This document shows, in pieces, positions 1 through 15,425 of a stretch of 64,000 nt of DNA. Both the position numbers and the translations under genes were made by a program. This DNA comes from Eledone cirrhosa (taxonomy: Eukaryota). The notes beneath the pieces were generated by a model. The model searched no databases and was not told the DNA's origin. It was given only the letters and a program-made list of their open reading frames with translations. The DNA is taken from positions 116,622,001 to 116,686,000 of the forward strand of contig OZ024740.1 in NCBI GenBank assembly GCA_964016885.1, in the 5' to 3' direction. Every line of letters begins with the position of its first letter. Within the stretch, counting starts at the first letter, position 1.

Positions 1-9
1 TTATATGTA

Positions 10-66
<57 letters not shown>

Positions 67-144
67 TATAGAAAGAGTGTGTATGTGTGTGTGTGAGAGA
101 GAGAGGGTGAGAGAGTGAGAGAGAGAGAGTGAGAGAGAGAGAGA

Positions 145-208
<64 letters not shown>
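1..208. repeat. Compound microsatellite (TA)n/(TG)n/(GA)n
   Basis: Dinucleotide runs read directly; (GA)n at ~96-208. Confidence 0.95.
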
Positions 209-210
<2 letters not shown>

Positions 211-424
211 CGTGAGCTGTCAGTGATGAAACCGTAAAGACTATGATTGATGAAATATCCAGATAGTGATAATAAAAGTAATACGAAATTGTTAATTTTA
301 GGTTAGTCATTCACCTGTTGTGTATTTTTATGTGTATGCAGGTTGCCTATCATTATGGGACACCCTGCATATATGTGTGTGAGTGTGTTTGTATGTATGT
401 GTATTTGTGTGTACGTGTGTACAA

Positions 425-488
425 TGTTTCTGAGGAAGACAGTGTAATGGATAATGATCAATCAATCCTCTGAAACGATCGTAAAATA
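425..488 (+). ncRNA. Type I hammerhead ribozyme motif
   Basis: TGTTT-CTGAGGA-AGA..GGAT..ATCC.TCT-GAAA-CGATCG-T-A-AAATA. Helix I TGTTT/AAATA, helix II AGA/TCT plus GGAT/ATCC, palindromic helix III ACGATCGT, GUA site (cleavage after 483). Confidence 0.75.
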
Positions 489-582
489 ATGAACTAATTA
501 AGAACCTATCTTCGACTTTTGTTTTATTTTCATTGTTCAATACACACATACACACACGCGCGCGCGCGGACACATATATTTG

Positions 583-650
583 TGAAGGCGCATGACTTAG
601 TGGTTAGTGGGTTCGATTCACAATTGTGAGGTTGCGAGTTCGATTCCTGG
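583..650 (+). mobile_element. tRNA-derived SINE head (family A, MetaSINE-like), truncated
   Basis: GAAGGCGCATGACTTAGTGGTT...GAGTTCGATTCC with A/B boxes; same head at 34737, 46398 and 57459. Confidence 0.7.
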
Positions 651-1013
651 AGAGGGTGATTTGGAATGCTTGGGCAACTGCTGGTCTTCTACAAAAGCAC
701 CTTATGTGGGCTTTACCATTTAGATGCAAATGCTGTGGTCATTCATGACAAGGGGATTTTAGCATTTGAACAAACGAGCAACGATGGTTGTTAGACACTA
801 CGGCTTAATACGGGATGTTTGTTTACAAACACACCGAGCATTATAATAAATGTTCGGTGAATCCATACGTACATATATATATGTGTGCATGTATGTATAT
901 ATATATACATACTACTGTACGTCTGTATACATGTATGTATGTACGTGTACATACTTATATTTAAGTAACAGCCGTACTAAGAGTGGGAAATGAAATTTCG
1001 TTTCATTTTTTCC

Positions 1014-1123
<110 letters not shown>

Positions 1124-1341
1124 GAGAGTCAGGGCCTGACGGCTCAGCTCTTGCTGTTTCATCAGCTAATTACATAAATATATGTACGTCTATGACTAAA
1201 TGAAAAGACCTGCTTTTTCTCAAAGAATCGTTTTCGTTTCAGGCCTCTGCTCACCCTCCTCTATCTTTCTATTTCTTTATTTATTTCTCAAACGTTAGTA
1301 CTTTTCCTCTTTAAAGTCTGTCTTCAGCCAGAAAGCTTATT

Positions 1342-1539
1342 TGGCCGGTGCTTATCACGGATTCATAAAGTGACTGAGAGTACAAAACGCCAGGTTATCG
1401 CAGGGTTAAACCCCCAGCTGTTGCTGGTAATCATTTTTTGCTGGGTATACGGAGCAACGTGAAATGAAATGTTTTGTTCAAGAACACAACACGCATCCCA
1501 GGAATCGAACCCACGACGTTATGATCGTAAGTCCAACAC

Positions 1540-1543
<4 letters not shown>
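1342..1543 (-). mobile_element. tRNA-derived SINE, family A (MetaSINE-like)
   Basis: The reverse complement carries a GGTTCGATTCC B-box and the GTTGTGTTCTTGAACAAAACATTTCATTTCACGTTGCTCC core. Confidence 0.75.
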
Positions 1544-1594
<51 letters not shown>

Positions 1595-1687
1595 AACTGT
1601 CCGATTTGACGAGGTCTGGAATCTTCTCGATCGACTGTTGATATACTTATGTGTGTATGTATGTATATTATATATATATATATATAT

Positions 1688-1740
<53 letters not shown>

Positions 1741-1767
1741 GTATTTATATATGTATATCTATATATG

Positions 1768-1826
<59 letters not shown>

Positions 1827-1907
1827 TATATATATATATGTATATATATATGTATTTATATATGTATATGTATATATATATATTAATACACACACCACAC
1901 ACACACA

Positions 1908-1989
<82 letters not shown>

Positions 1990-1991
<2 letters not shown>

Positions 1992-2160
1992 CAAGTATTG
2001 CACCAAGAAAAATAAAACGTCGGCGTGAAGAAATTATGAATTTATTTGCTTTAACATGTTTCTGTGTCTATTATAAATTGTCTACATATACTGACTACAA
2101 TACATATTGTTCAATCATATGCAATGCTTAATTATTTATTACACTTAATCAGAAAGTCTA
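1990..2160 (-). mobile_element. Short dispersed repeat with decayed long-helix-II hammerhead (Penelope pLTR-like); second copy at ~52523-52675
   Basis: Minus strand CTTT-CTGATTA-A-GTGT..ACAC-A-GAAA-CATG-T-T-AAAG-CA-AATAAA (2156 to 2041); aligns by eye with 52523-52675. Confidence 0.55.
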
Positions 2161-2297
2161 TAGTAGTGGAATTCAACTGTTCACTACGAGGTAAAATTCA
2201 TATATATATATTTATATATATATATATATCAGATAGGTGTGTAAAAACCAGCTAGACCATAACCCACTAGAGTACTCGATACTTGGGAAGTAGAGTG

Positions 2298-2351
<54 letters not shown>

Positions 2352-2355
2352 CACA

Positions 2356-2393
<38 letters not shown>

Positions 2394-2394
<1 letters not shown>

Positions 2395-2536
2395 GGTGTC
2401 AGGAATGGCATAAAAAACCTGCCAGAGACGCTACCGTGCGAGCGAGACATGGTCTCCCGACCATTTCCGCATCAAATGGAACAAACCGTCTAAACCCATG
2501 CTAGCGTGAAGATGGACGTTAAATGATGATGATGAT
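2394..2536 (+). mobile_element. Short element with RTE-type 3' tail ending (GAT)n
   Basis: CTAAACCCATGCTAGCGTGAAGATGGACGTTAAATGATGATG; homologous to 61530-61690, 23945-24007 and the RTE tail at ~32000. Confidence 0.7.
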
Positions 2537-2570
2537 ATATATAGAAGATAATTTGCTTCGAAATCACTAC

Positions 2571-2663
2571 ACGTATCTGAGGAACTTGCGAATCCAGAGT
2601 CAGGTTCGATCCACAAACAGATCGCACCTCGAGCTGTTCGCCGGAGAAACAATTGTAATACGT
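2571..2663 (+). ncRNA. Type I hammerhead ribozyme motif with extended (~62 nt) helix II
   Basis: ACGTAT-CTGAGGA-[A..GCGAA..AGGT.CGATC/GATCG.ACCT..TTCGC..A]-GAAA-CAATTG-T-A-ATACGT, then AATAAA at 2664-2669. Perfect 6-bp helix I, GUA site after 2657. Confidence 0.8.
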
Positions 2664-2781
2664 AATAAATTGTGTTCCGATGCATCACTGATTCTTCGTT
2701 TTCCATATTTTTCATACTCTGCTCCGAAGGATCATAGAGTGCTCAACCGGCATACCGTCTATGGACGCATCGAAGGAACCT

Positions 2782-2940
<159 letters not shown>

Positions 2941-3112
2941 AAAGGAGAAGATAGAAAGTAAAGCTGATTCAATAGAGAAAGTTAGGTGCCAGCCTAAGGT
3001 CGACACTGTTATTGTTGTTATTATTAAGGTTTAGTTTCATTTCTTAGTTTTACTTTGATCTCAGTCTTTACCTGTTTTCAGAGATAACATTGATTGGAAG
3101 TCAATTGCTTCG

Positions 3113-3510
3113 TACACACACACACCACACACACGCGCTTACACTCACACACACTCACAACATACGCATATGCACACACACTCATACACACACGCACACA
3201 CACTCAAACACGCACACGCATGCCCAATACTCACACACGTGCAAACACTCACACACACGCACATGTACACACACGCACACACACTCATACACACACGCAT
3301 GCCCAACACATACAAACACCAGTAAACACAACAAACACATGCGCGCACACATACACATACATACGCACACACTAACGCATACACAACACAACACGCACTC
3401 ACACGCATACACAACACCTTACAACGTACATATTTACATCTCATACACAACCCAACCTACACACACACACACACACACTCCCACTCCCACGCATATCCAA
3501 CACAACACTG
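3113..3510. repeat. Degenerate CA-rich microsatellite grading into the satellite
   Basis: Imperfect (CA)n containing partial satellite words such as ACGCATACACAACAC. Confidence 0.8.
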
Positions 3511-6500
3511 ATACGCATACACAACACAATACAACACACACATTCACTCTCACGCAATCACAACACACACATTCACAACTCATATATTCACTTTCACGCA
3601 TACACAACACAATACAACACACACATTCACTCTCACGCATACACAACACAATACAACACACACATTCACTCTCACGCATACACAATACAACACACACATT
3701 CACTCTCACGGATACACAACACAATACAAGACACACATTCACTCTCACGCATACACAACACAATACAACACACACATTCACTCTCACGCATACACAACAC
3801 AATACAACAGACATTCACTTTCACGCATACACAACACAATACAACACGCACATTCACTTTCACGCATACACAACACAATACAACACGCACATTCACTCTC
3901 ACGCATACACAACACAATACAAGACACACATTCACTCTCACGCATACACAACACAATACAACACACACATTCACTCTCACGCATACACAACACAATACAA
4001 CACACACATTCACTCTCACGCATACACAACACAATACAACACGCACATTCACTCTCACGCATACACAACACAATACAACACGCACATTCACTCTCACACA
4101 TACACAACACAATACAACACACACATTCAGTCTCACGCATACACAACACAATACAACACATACATTAACTCTCACGCATACACAACACAATACAACACAT
4201 ACATTCACTTTCACGCATACACAACACAATACAACACATACATTCACTCTCACGTATACACAACACAATACAACACACACATTCACTCTCACGCATACAC
4301 AACACAATACAATACATACATTCACTTTCACGCATACACAACACAATAGAACACACACATTCACTCTCACGCATACACAACACAATACAACACACACATT
4401 CACTCTCACGCATACACAACACAATACAACACGTACATTCACTCTCACGCATACACAACGCAATACAAAACGTACATTCACTCTCACGCATACACAACAC
4501 AATACAACACGTAATACAACACACACATTCACTCTCACGCATACACAACACAATACAACACACACATTCACTCTCACGCATACACAACACAATACAACGC
4601 ATACATTCACTTTCACGCATACACAACACAATACAACGCATACATTCACTTTCACGCATACACAACACAATACAACGCATACATTCACTCTCACGCATAC
4701 ACAACACAATACAACGCACACATTCACTTTCACGCATACACAACACAATACAACGCACACATTCACTTTCACGCATACACAACACAATACAACGCATACA
4801 TTCACTCTCACGCATACACAACACAATACAACGCATACATTCACTCTCACGCATACACAACACAATACAACACGCACATTCACTTTCACGCATACACAAC
4901 ACAATACAACACGCACATTCACTTTCACGCATACACAACACAATACAACACGCACATTCACTTTCACGCATACACAACACAATACAACACGCACATTCAC
5001 TCTCACGCATTCACAACACAATACAACACACACATTCACTCTCACGCATTCACAACACAATACAACACACACATTCACTATCACGCATTCACAACACAAC
5101 ACAACACACACATTCACTCTCACGCATTCACAACACAATACAACACGCACATTCACTCTCACGCATTCACAACACAATACAACACGCACATTCACTCTCA
5201 CGCATACACAACACAATACAACACGCACATTCACTCTCACGCATACACACCCCAATACAACACACACATTCACTCTCACGCATACACAACACAATACAAC
5301 ACATACATTCCCTCTCACGCATACACAACACAATACAACACATACATTCACTCTCACGCATACATAACACAATAAAACGCACACATTCACTCTCACGCAT
5401 ACACAACACAATACAACACACACATTCACTCTCACGCATACACAACACAATACAACACACACATTCACTCTCACGCATACACAACCCAATACAACACACA
5501 CATTCACTCTCACGCATACACAACACAATACAACACACACATTCACTCTCACGCATACACAAGACAATACAACACACACATTCACTCTCACGCATACACA
5601 ACACAATACAACACACACATTCACTTTCACGCATACACAACACAATAGAACACACACATTCACTCTCACGCATACACAACACAATACAACACACACATTC
5701 ACTCTCACGCATACACAACACAATACAACACGTACATTCACTCTCACGCATACACAACGCAATACAAAACGTACATTCACTCTCACGCATACACAACACA
5801 ATACAACACGTAATACAACACACACATTCACTCTCACGCATACACAACACAATACAACACACACATTCACTCTCACGCATACACAACACAATACAACACA
5901 CACATTCACCCTCACGCATACACAACACAATACAACACACACATTCACTCTCACGCATACACAACACAATACAACACGCACATTCACTCTCACGCATACA
6001 CAACACAATACAACACGCACATTCACTCTCACGCATACACAACACAATACAACACACACATTCACTCTCACGCATACACAACACAATACAACTCATACAT
6101 TCACTCTCACGCATACACAATACAATACAACAAGCACATTCACTTTCACGCATACACAACACAATACAACACGCACATTCACTTTCACGCAGACACAACA
6201 CAATACAACATACATTCACTTTCACGCATACACAACACAATACAACACATACAACACATACATTCACTCTCACGCATACACAACACAATACAACACATAC
6301 ATTCACTCTCACGCATACACAACACAATACAACACGCACATTCACTTTCACGCATACACAACACAATACAACACGCACATTCACTTTCACGCATACACAA
6401 CACAATAAAACACGCACATTCACTCTCACGCATACACAATACAACACGCACATTCACTCTCACGCATACACAACACAATACAACACGCACATTCACTCTC

Positions 6501-9500
6501 ACGCATACACAACACAATACAACACGCACATTCACTCTCACGCATACACAACACAATACAACACGCACATTCACTCTCACGCATACACAACACAATACAA
6601 CACATACATTCACTCTCACGCATACACAATACAACACACACATTCACTCTCACGCATACACAACACAATACAACACACACATTCACTCTCACGCATACAC
6701 AACACAATACAACACATACATTCACTTTCACGCATACACAACACAATACAACACACACATTCACTTTCACGCATACACAACACAATACAACACACACATT
6801 CACTCTCACGCATACACAACACAATACAACACACACATTCACTTTCACGCATTCACAACACAATACAACACACACATTCACTCTCACTCATACACGACAC
6901 AATACAACACACACATTCACTCTCACGCATTCACAACACAATACAACACACACATTCACTTTCACGCATACACAACACAATACAACACACACATTCACTT
7001 TCACGCATACACAACACAATACAACACACAGATTCACTCTCACGCATTCACAACACAATACAACACACACATTCACTTTCACGCATACACAACACAATAC
7101 AACACACACATTCACTCTCACGCATTCACAACACAATACAACACACACATTCACTCTCACGCATTCACAACACAATACAACACACACATTCACTTTCACG
7201 CATACACAACACAATACAACACACATTCACTTTCACGCATACACAACACAATACAACACACACATTCACTCTCACGCATTCACAACACAATACAACACAT
7301 ACATTCACTTTCACGCATACACAACACAATACAACACACACATTCACTTTCACGCATACACAACACAATACAACACACAGATTCACTCTCACGCATTCAC
7401 AACACAATACAACACACACATTCACTCTCACTCATACACGACACAATACAACACACACATTCACTCTCACGCATTCACAACACAATACAACACACACATT
7501 CACTTTCACGCATACACAACACAATACAACACACACATTCACTCTCACGCATACACAACACAATACAACACACACATTCACTCTCACGCATTCACAACAC
7601 AATACAACACACACATTCACTTTCACGCATACACAACACAATACAACACACATTCACTTTCACGCATACACAACACAATACAACACACACATTCACTCTC
7701 ACGCATACACAACACAATACAACACACACATTCACTTTCACGCATACACAACACAATACAACACACACATTCACTCTCACGCATACACAACACAATACAA
7801 CACATACATTCACTCTCACGTATACACAACACAATACAACACACACATTCACTCTCACGCATACACAACACAGTACAATACATACATTCACTTTCACGCA
7901 TACACAACACAATAGAACACACACATTCACTCTCACGCATACACAACACAATACAACACACACATTCACTCTCACGCATACACAACACAATACAACACGT
8001 ACATTCACTCTCACGCATACACAACGCAATACAAAACGTACATTCACTCTCACGCATACACAACACAATACAACACGTAATACAACACACACATTCACTC
8101 TCACGCATACACAACACAATACAACACACACATTCACTCTCACGCATACACAACACAATACAACGCATACATTCACTTTCACGCATACACAACACAATAC
8201 AACGCATACATTCACTTTCACGCATACACAACACAATACAACGCATACATTCACTCTCACGCATACACAACACAATACAACGCACACATTCACTTTCACG
8301 CATACACAACACAATACAACGCACACATTCACTTTCACGCATACACAACACAATACAACGCATACATTCACTCTCACGCATACACAACACAATACAACGC
8401 ATACATTCACTCTCACGCATACACAACACAATACAACACGCACATTCACTTTCACGCATACACAACACAATACAACACGCACATTCAATTTCACGCATAC
8501 ACAACACAATACAACACGCACATTCACTTTCACGCATACACAACACAATACAACACGCACATTCACTCTCACGCATTCACAACACAATACATCACACACA
8601 TTCACTCTCACGCATTCACAACACAATACAACACACACATTCACTATCACGCATTCACAACACAATACAACACACACATTCACTCTCACGCATTCACAAC
8701 ACAATACAACACGCACATTCACTCTCACGCATTCACAACACAATACAACACGCACATTCACTCTCACGCATACACAACACAATACAACACGCACATTCAC
8801 TCTCACGCATACACACCCCAATACAACACACACATTCACTCTCACGCATACACAACACAATACAACACATACATTCCCTCTCACGCATACACAACACAAT
8901 ACAACACATACATTCACTCTCACGCATACATAACACAATAAAACGCACACATTCACTCTCACGCATACACAACACAATAAAACGCACACATTCACTCTCA
9001 CGCATACACAACACAATACAACGCATACATTCACTTTCACGCATACACAACACAATACAACACACACATTCACTCTCACGCATACACAACACAATACAAC
9101 ACATACATTCACTCTCACGCATACACAACACAATACAACACACACATTCACTCTCACGCATAGACAACACAATACAACGCATACATTCATTCTCACGCAT
9201 ACACAAAACAATACAACGCATACATTCACTTTCACGCATACACAACTCAATAAAACACACACATTCACTTTCACGCATACACAACACAATAAAACACACA
9301 CATTCACTTTCACGAATACACAACACAATACAACACGCACATTCACTCTCACGCATTCACAACACAATACAACACGCACATTCACTATCACGCATTCACA
9401 ACACAATACAACACGCACATTCACTCTCACGCATACACAACACAATACAACACACACATTCACTCTCACGCATACACAACACAATACAACACACACATTC

Positions 9501-12500
9501 ACTCTCACGCATTCACAATACAACACACACATTCACTCTCACGCATTCACAACACAATACAACACACACATTCACTCTCACGCATTCACAACACAATACA
9601 ACACGCACATTCACTCTCACGCATACACAACACAATACAACACGCACATTCACTCTCACGCATACACACCCCAATACAACACGCACATTCACCCTCACGC
9701 ATACACAACACAATACAACACGCACATTCACTCTCACGCATACACAACACAATACAACACACACATTCACTCTCACGCATACACAACACAATACAACACA
9801 CACATTCACTCTCACGCATACACAACACTATACAACACACACATTCACTCTCACGCATACACAACACAATACAACACACACATTCACTCTCACGCATACA
9901 CAACACAATACAACACGCACATTCACTCTCACGCATACACAACACAATAGAACACGCACATTCACTCTCACGCATACACAACACAATACAACACACACAT
10001 TCACTCTCACGCATACACAACACAATACCACACACACATACACTCTCACGCATTCACAACACAATACAACACACACATTCACTCTCACGCATACACAACA
10101 CAATACAACACACACATTCACTCTCACGCATACACAACACAATACAACACACACATTCACTCTCACGCATACACAACACAATACAAAACACATTCACTCT
10201 CACGCATACACAACACAATACAACAGATACATTCACTCTCACGCATACACAACACAATACAACACGCACATTCACTCTCACGCATACACAACACAATACA
10301 ACACATACATTCACTCTCACGCATTCACAACACAATACAACACATACATTAACTCTCAGGCATTCACAACACAATACAACACACACATTCACTCTCACGC
10401 ATACACAACACAATACAACGCACACATTCACTCTCACGCATACACAACACAATACAACACACACATTCACTTTCACGCATACACAACACAATACAACACA
10501 CACATTCACTCTCACGCATTCACAACACAATACAACACATACATTCACTTAAACGCATACACAACACAATACAACACATACATTCAGTTTCACGCATACA
10601 CAACACAATACAACACACACATTCACTCTCACGCATATACAACACATTACAACACATACATTCACTTTCACGCATACACAACACAATACAACACATACAT
10701 TCACTCTCACGCATACACAACACAATACAACACATACATTCACTTTCACGCATACACAACACAATACAACGCACATTCACTTTCACGCATACACAACACA
10801 ATACAACACACACATTCACTCTCACGCATACACAACACAATACAACACACACATTCACTCTCACGCATACACAACACAATACAACACACACATTCACTCT
10901 CACGCATACACAACACAATACAACACACACATTCACTCTCACGCATACACAACACAATACAACACACATATTCACTCTCACGCATACACAACACAATACA
11001 ACACATACATTCCCTCTCACGCATACACAACACAATACAACACATACATTCACTCTCACGCATACACAACACAATACAACGCACACATTCACTCTCACGC
11101 ATACACAACACAACACAATACAACGCATACATTGACTTTCACGCATACACAACACAATACAACACACACATTCACTCTCACGCATACACAACACAATACA
11201 ACACATACATTCACTCTCACGCATACACAACACAATACAACACACACATTCACTCTCACGCATACACAACACAATACAACGCATACATTCACTCTCACGC
11301 ATACACAACACAATACAACGCATACATTCACTTTCACGCATACACAACACAATACAACACACACATTGACTCTCACGCATACACAACACAATACAACACA
11401 CACATTCACTCTCACGCATACACAACACAATACAACACATACATTCACTTTCACGAATACAGAACACAATACAACACACACATTCACTCTCACGCATACA
11501 CAACACAATACAACACACACATTCACTCTCACGCATACACAACTCAATACAACACACACATTCACTTTCACGCATACACAACACAATACAACACACACAT
11601 TCACTTTCACGCATACACAACACAATACAACACACACATTCACTCTCACGCATACACAACACAATACAACACACACATTCACTCTCACGCATACACAACA
11701 CAATACAACGCATACATTCACTTTCACGCATACACAACACAATACAACGCATACATTCACTCTCACGCATACATTCACTTTCACGCATACACAACACAAT
11801 ACAACACGCACATTCACTTTCACGCATACACAACACAATACAACACGCACATTCACTCTCACGCATACACAACACAATACAACACGCACATTCACTCTCA
11901 CGCATTCACAACACAATACAACACGCACATTCACTTTCACGCATACACAACACAATACAACACGCACATTCACTCTCACGCATACACAACACAATACAAC
12001 ACGCACATTCACTCTCACGCATTCACAACACAATACAACACGCACATTCACTCTCACGCATTCACAACACAATACAACACGCACATTCACTCTCACGCAT
12101 TCACAACACAATACAACACACACATTCACTCTCACGCATTCACAACACAATACAACACACACATTCACTCTCACGCATTCACAACACAATACAACACGCA
12201 CATTCACTCTCACGCATTCACAACACAATACAACACGCACATTCACTCTCACGCATTCACAACACAATACAACACGCACATTCACTCTCACGCATACACA
12301 ACACAATACAACACGCACATTCACTCTCACGCATACACAACACTATACAACACACACATTCACTCTCACGCATACACAACACAATACAACACACACATTC
12401 ACTCACGCATACACAACACAATACAACACATACATTCACTCTCACGCATACACAACACAATACAACACGCACATTTACTCTCACGCATACACAACACAAT

Positions 12501-14452
12501 ACAACACGCACATTTACTCTCACGCATACACAACACAATACAACACACACATTCACTCTCACGCATACACTACCCAATACAACACACACATTCACTCTCA
12601 CGCATACACAAGACAATACAACACACACATTCACTCTCACGCATACACAAGACAATACAACACACACATTCACTCTCACGCATTCACAACACAATACAAC
12701 ACACACATTCACTCTCACGCATACACAACACAATACAACACACACATTCACCCTCACGCATACACAACACAATACAACACACACATTCACTCTCACGCAT
12801 ACACAACACAATACAACACGCACATTCACTCTCACGCATACACAACACAATACAACACGCACATTCACTCTCACGCATACACAACACAATACAACACATA
12901 CATTCACTCTCACGCATACACAACACAATACAACACGCACATTCACTTTCACGCATACACAACACAATACAACACGCACATTCACTTTCACGCATACACA
13001 ACACAATACAACATACATTCACTTTCACGCATACACAACACAATACAACATATACAACACATACATTCACTCTCACGCATACACAACACAATACAACACA
13101 TACATTCACTCTCACGCATACACAACACAATACAACACGCACATTCACTTTCACGCATACACAACACAATACAACACGCACATTCACTCTCACGCATACA
13201 CAATACAACACGCACATTCACTCTCACGCATACACAACACAATACAACACGCACATTCACTCTCACGCATACACAACACAATACAACACGCACATTCACT
13301 CTCACGCATACACAACACAATACAACACGCACATTCACTCTCACGCATACACAACACAATACAACACATACATTCACTCTCACGCATACACAATACAACA
13401 CACACATTCACTCTCACGCATACACAACACAATACAACACACACATTCACTCTCACGCATACACAACACAATACAACACATACATTCACTTTCACGCATA
13501 CACAACACAATACAACACACACATTCACTTTCACGCATACACAACACAATACAACACACAGATTCACTCTCACGCATTCACAACACAATACAACACACAC
13601 ATTCACTCTCACTCATACACAACACAATACAACACACACATTCACTCTCACGCATTCACAACACAATACAACACACACATTCACTTTCACGCATACACAA
13701 CACAATACAACACACACATTCACTCTCACGCATACACAACACAATACAACACACACATTCACTCTCACGCATACACAACACAATACAACACACACATTCA
13801 CTCTCACGCATTCACAACACAATACAACACACACATTCACTTTCACGCATACACAACACAATACAACACACACATTCACTTTCACGCATACACAACACAA
13901 TACAACACACACATTCACTCTCACGCATACACAACACAATACAACACATACATTCACTTTCACGCATACACAACACAATACAACACACACATTCACTTTC
14001 ACGCATACACAACACAATACAACACACACATTCACTCTCACGCATACACAACACAATACAACACACACATTCACTTTCACGCATACACAACACAATACAA
14101 CACATACATTCACTTTCACGCATACACAACACAATACAACACACACATTCACTTTCACGCATACACAACACAATACAACACACACATTCACTCTCACGCA
14201 TACACAACACAATACAACACACACATTCACTTTCACGCATACACAACACAATACAACACATACATTCACTTTCACGCATACACAACACAATACAACACAC
14301 ACATTCACTTTCACGCATACACAACACAATACAACACACACATTCACTTTCACGCATACACAACACAATACAACACATACATTCACTTTCACGCATTCAC
14401 AACACAATACAACACATACATTCACTCTCACGCATTCACAACACAATACAAC
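3510..14452. repeat. 39-bp tandem satellite/minisatellite array, roughly 280 units
   Basis: Consensus CATTCACTCTCACGCATACACAACACAATACAACACACA; 13-aa periodicity in the ORF track; occasional 34- and 37-bp units. Confidence 0.98.
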
Positions 14453-15214
14453 GCCCGCACATACACATACGCACACACCCACACACCCTAATACGCATAC
14501 CTTCTATCCGACCCCCTCTCTCTCTCACTCTCTCTCTTTCCCACTCTATCCCTCTCTCTCTCTACCTCTCATCTATCTCTCACTCTCCCTTTCTCTCCCC
14601 CCTCTCTAACCAACCAGCCAACCAAACCACCAGACAACCAGACACAGTCTATAAACTCTACAACTGTCGAACACCCACACAGTTTTAATTGTCTTGCCAG
14701 CTTTTTATTTCAGTCATTTTCAGTTCTTGTTCGCTTCTCTCTTCCAGACCGTTTGCCTCACTTTCCCTTTATTTTACCTTTATATTATTATTACCTTCTT
14801 TCATTTTTTTTTTATTTTATTTTATTTTATTTGTTGTATTTTAACATTTTCTGTTTTTTTTTCATTTTTTATTTATTTGTACTTTTCATTTTTATTCATT
14901 TGTTTTATCCGTCTTTTCTTTCTTTCACTTTTCAACCTTTCTTCCTTTTTTCTTATTTCTATTCAACTTAGCTTTTTCCATATTTTATACATTTCATTTT
15001 CTTGTTTCTAACTTTCCTATTCTATCATTATTTCCTATCATATTTTAGTTATCTTTTTCTTCTTTAAATATTCATGTCTTTTCGTTCTTATTTTCTTTTT
15101 TTTTTTCCTTATATTTTTTAAATAGATTTGTCGACTGTCTTCCCTTATTTTTCCTTTGATTTTTATGTTAGAAAATAAAGTTTCATATAACGTCCTAATA
15201 TCTCTTTAGTTACA

Positions 15215-15425
15215 GGCCAGTAGACTGACAGAATCCGTAGAGCGCCTGATTGAACAACTTGCAGTATTTAGTTACGTTTCTTTAAATTCTGACTTCATAC
15301 TCCGCCAGGTTCGAATTTCCTTTTCATCATACCACGTTCGATAAAATAAGTATCAATCAAATAAGTATCAATTACAGCCGTCATCACCCCACAAGAAATT
15401 CGTGACTTTGCACCAACGCTAGAAA
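15215..15425 (+). mobile_element. tRNA-derived SINE, family B (Deu/Nin-like core), decayed
   Basis: CAGAATCCGTAGAGCGCC...TTTTCATC..TCGATAAAATAAGTA, matching the family B consensus. Confidence 0.65.

Noticed and set aside
583-650. tRNA gene
   Set aside because: A/B boxes are present but there is no complete cloverleaf; it matches the SINE head family.
1290-1330. Minus-strand CTGAAGA..GAAA hammerhead candidate
   Set aside because: There is no helix I and helix III is out of register. Similar isolated CTGANGA hits at 21543, 24514, 28856, 42923, 43166, 43911, 52818 and 63886 lack helix II, GAAA or helix III.
3076-3117. Possible micro-exon TTTTCAG|..DNIDWKSIAS
   Set aside because: The donor (GTACAC) is weak and there are no supporting neighbouring exons.
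3510-14452. CRISPR-like periodicity
   Set aside because: The units are contiguous with no unique spacers, there are no cas genes, and the context is eukaryotic.
3090-14491. Long ORFs (419-1119 aa; His/Thr- or Cys/Val-rich) in the satellite
   Set aside because: The 39-bp unit lacks stops in most frames, ORFs overlap on both strands, and they frameshift at 34/37-bp units. There is no evidence of coding constraint.
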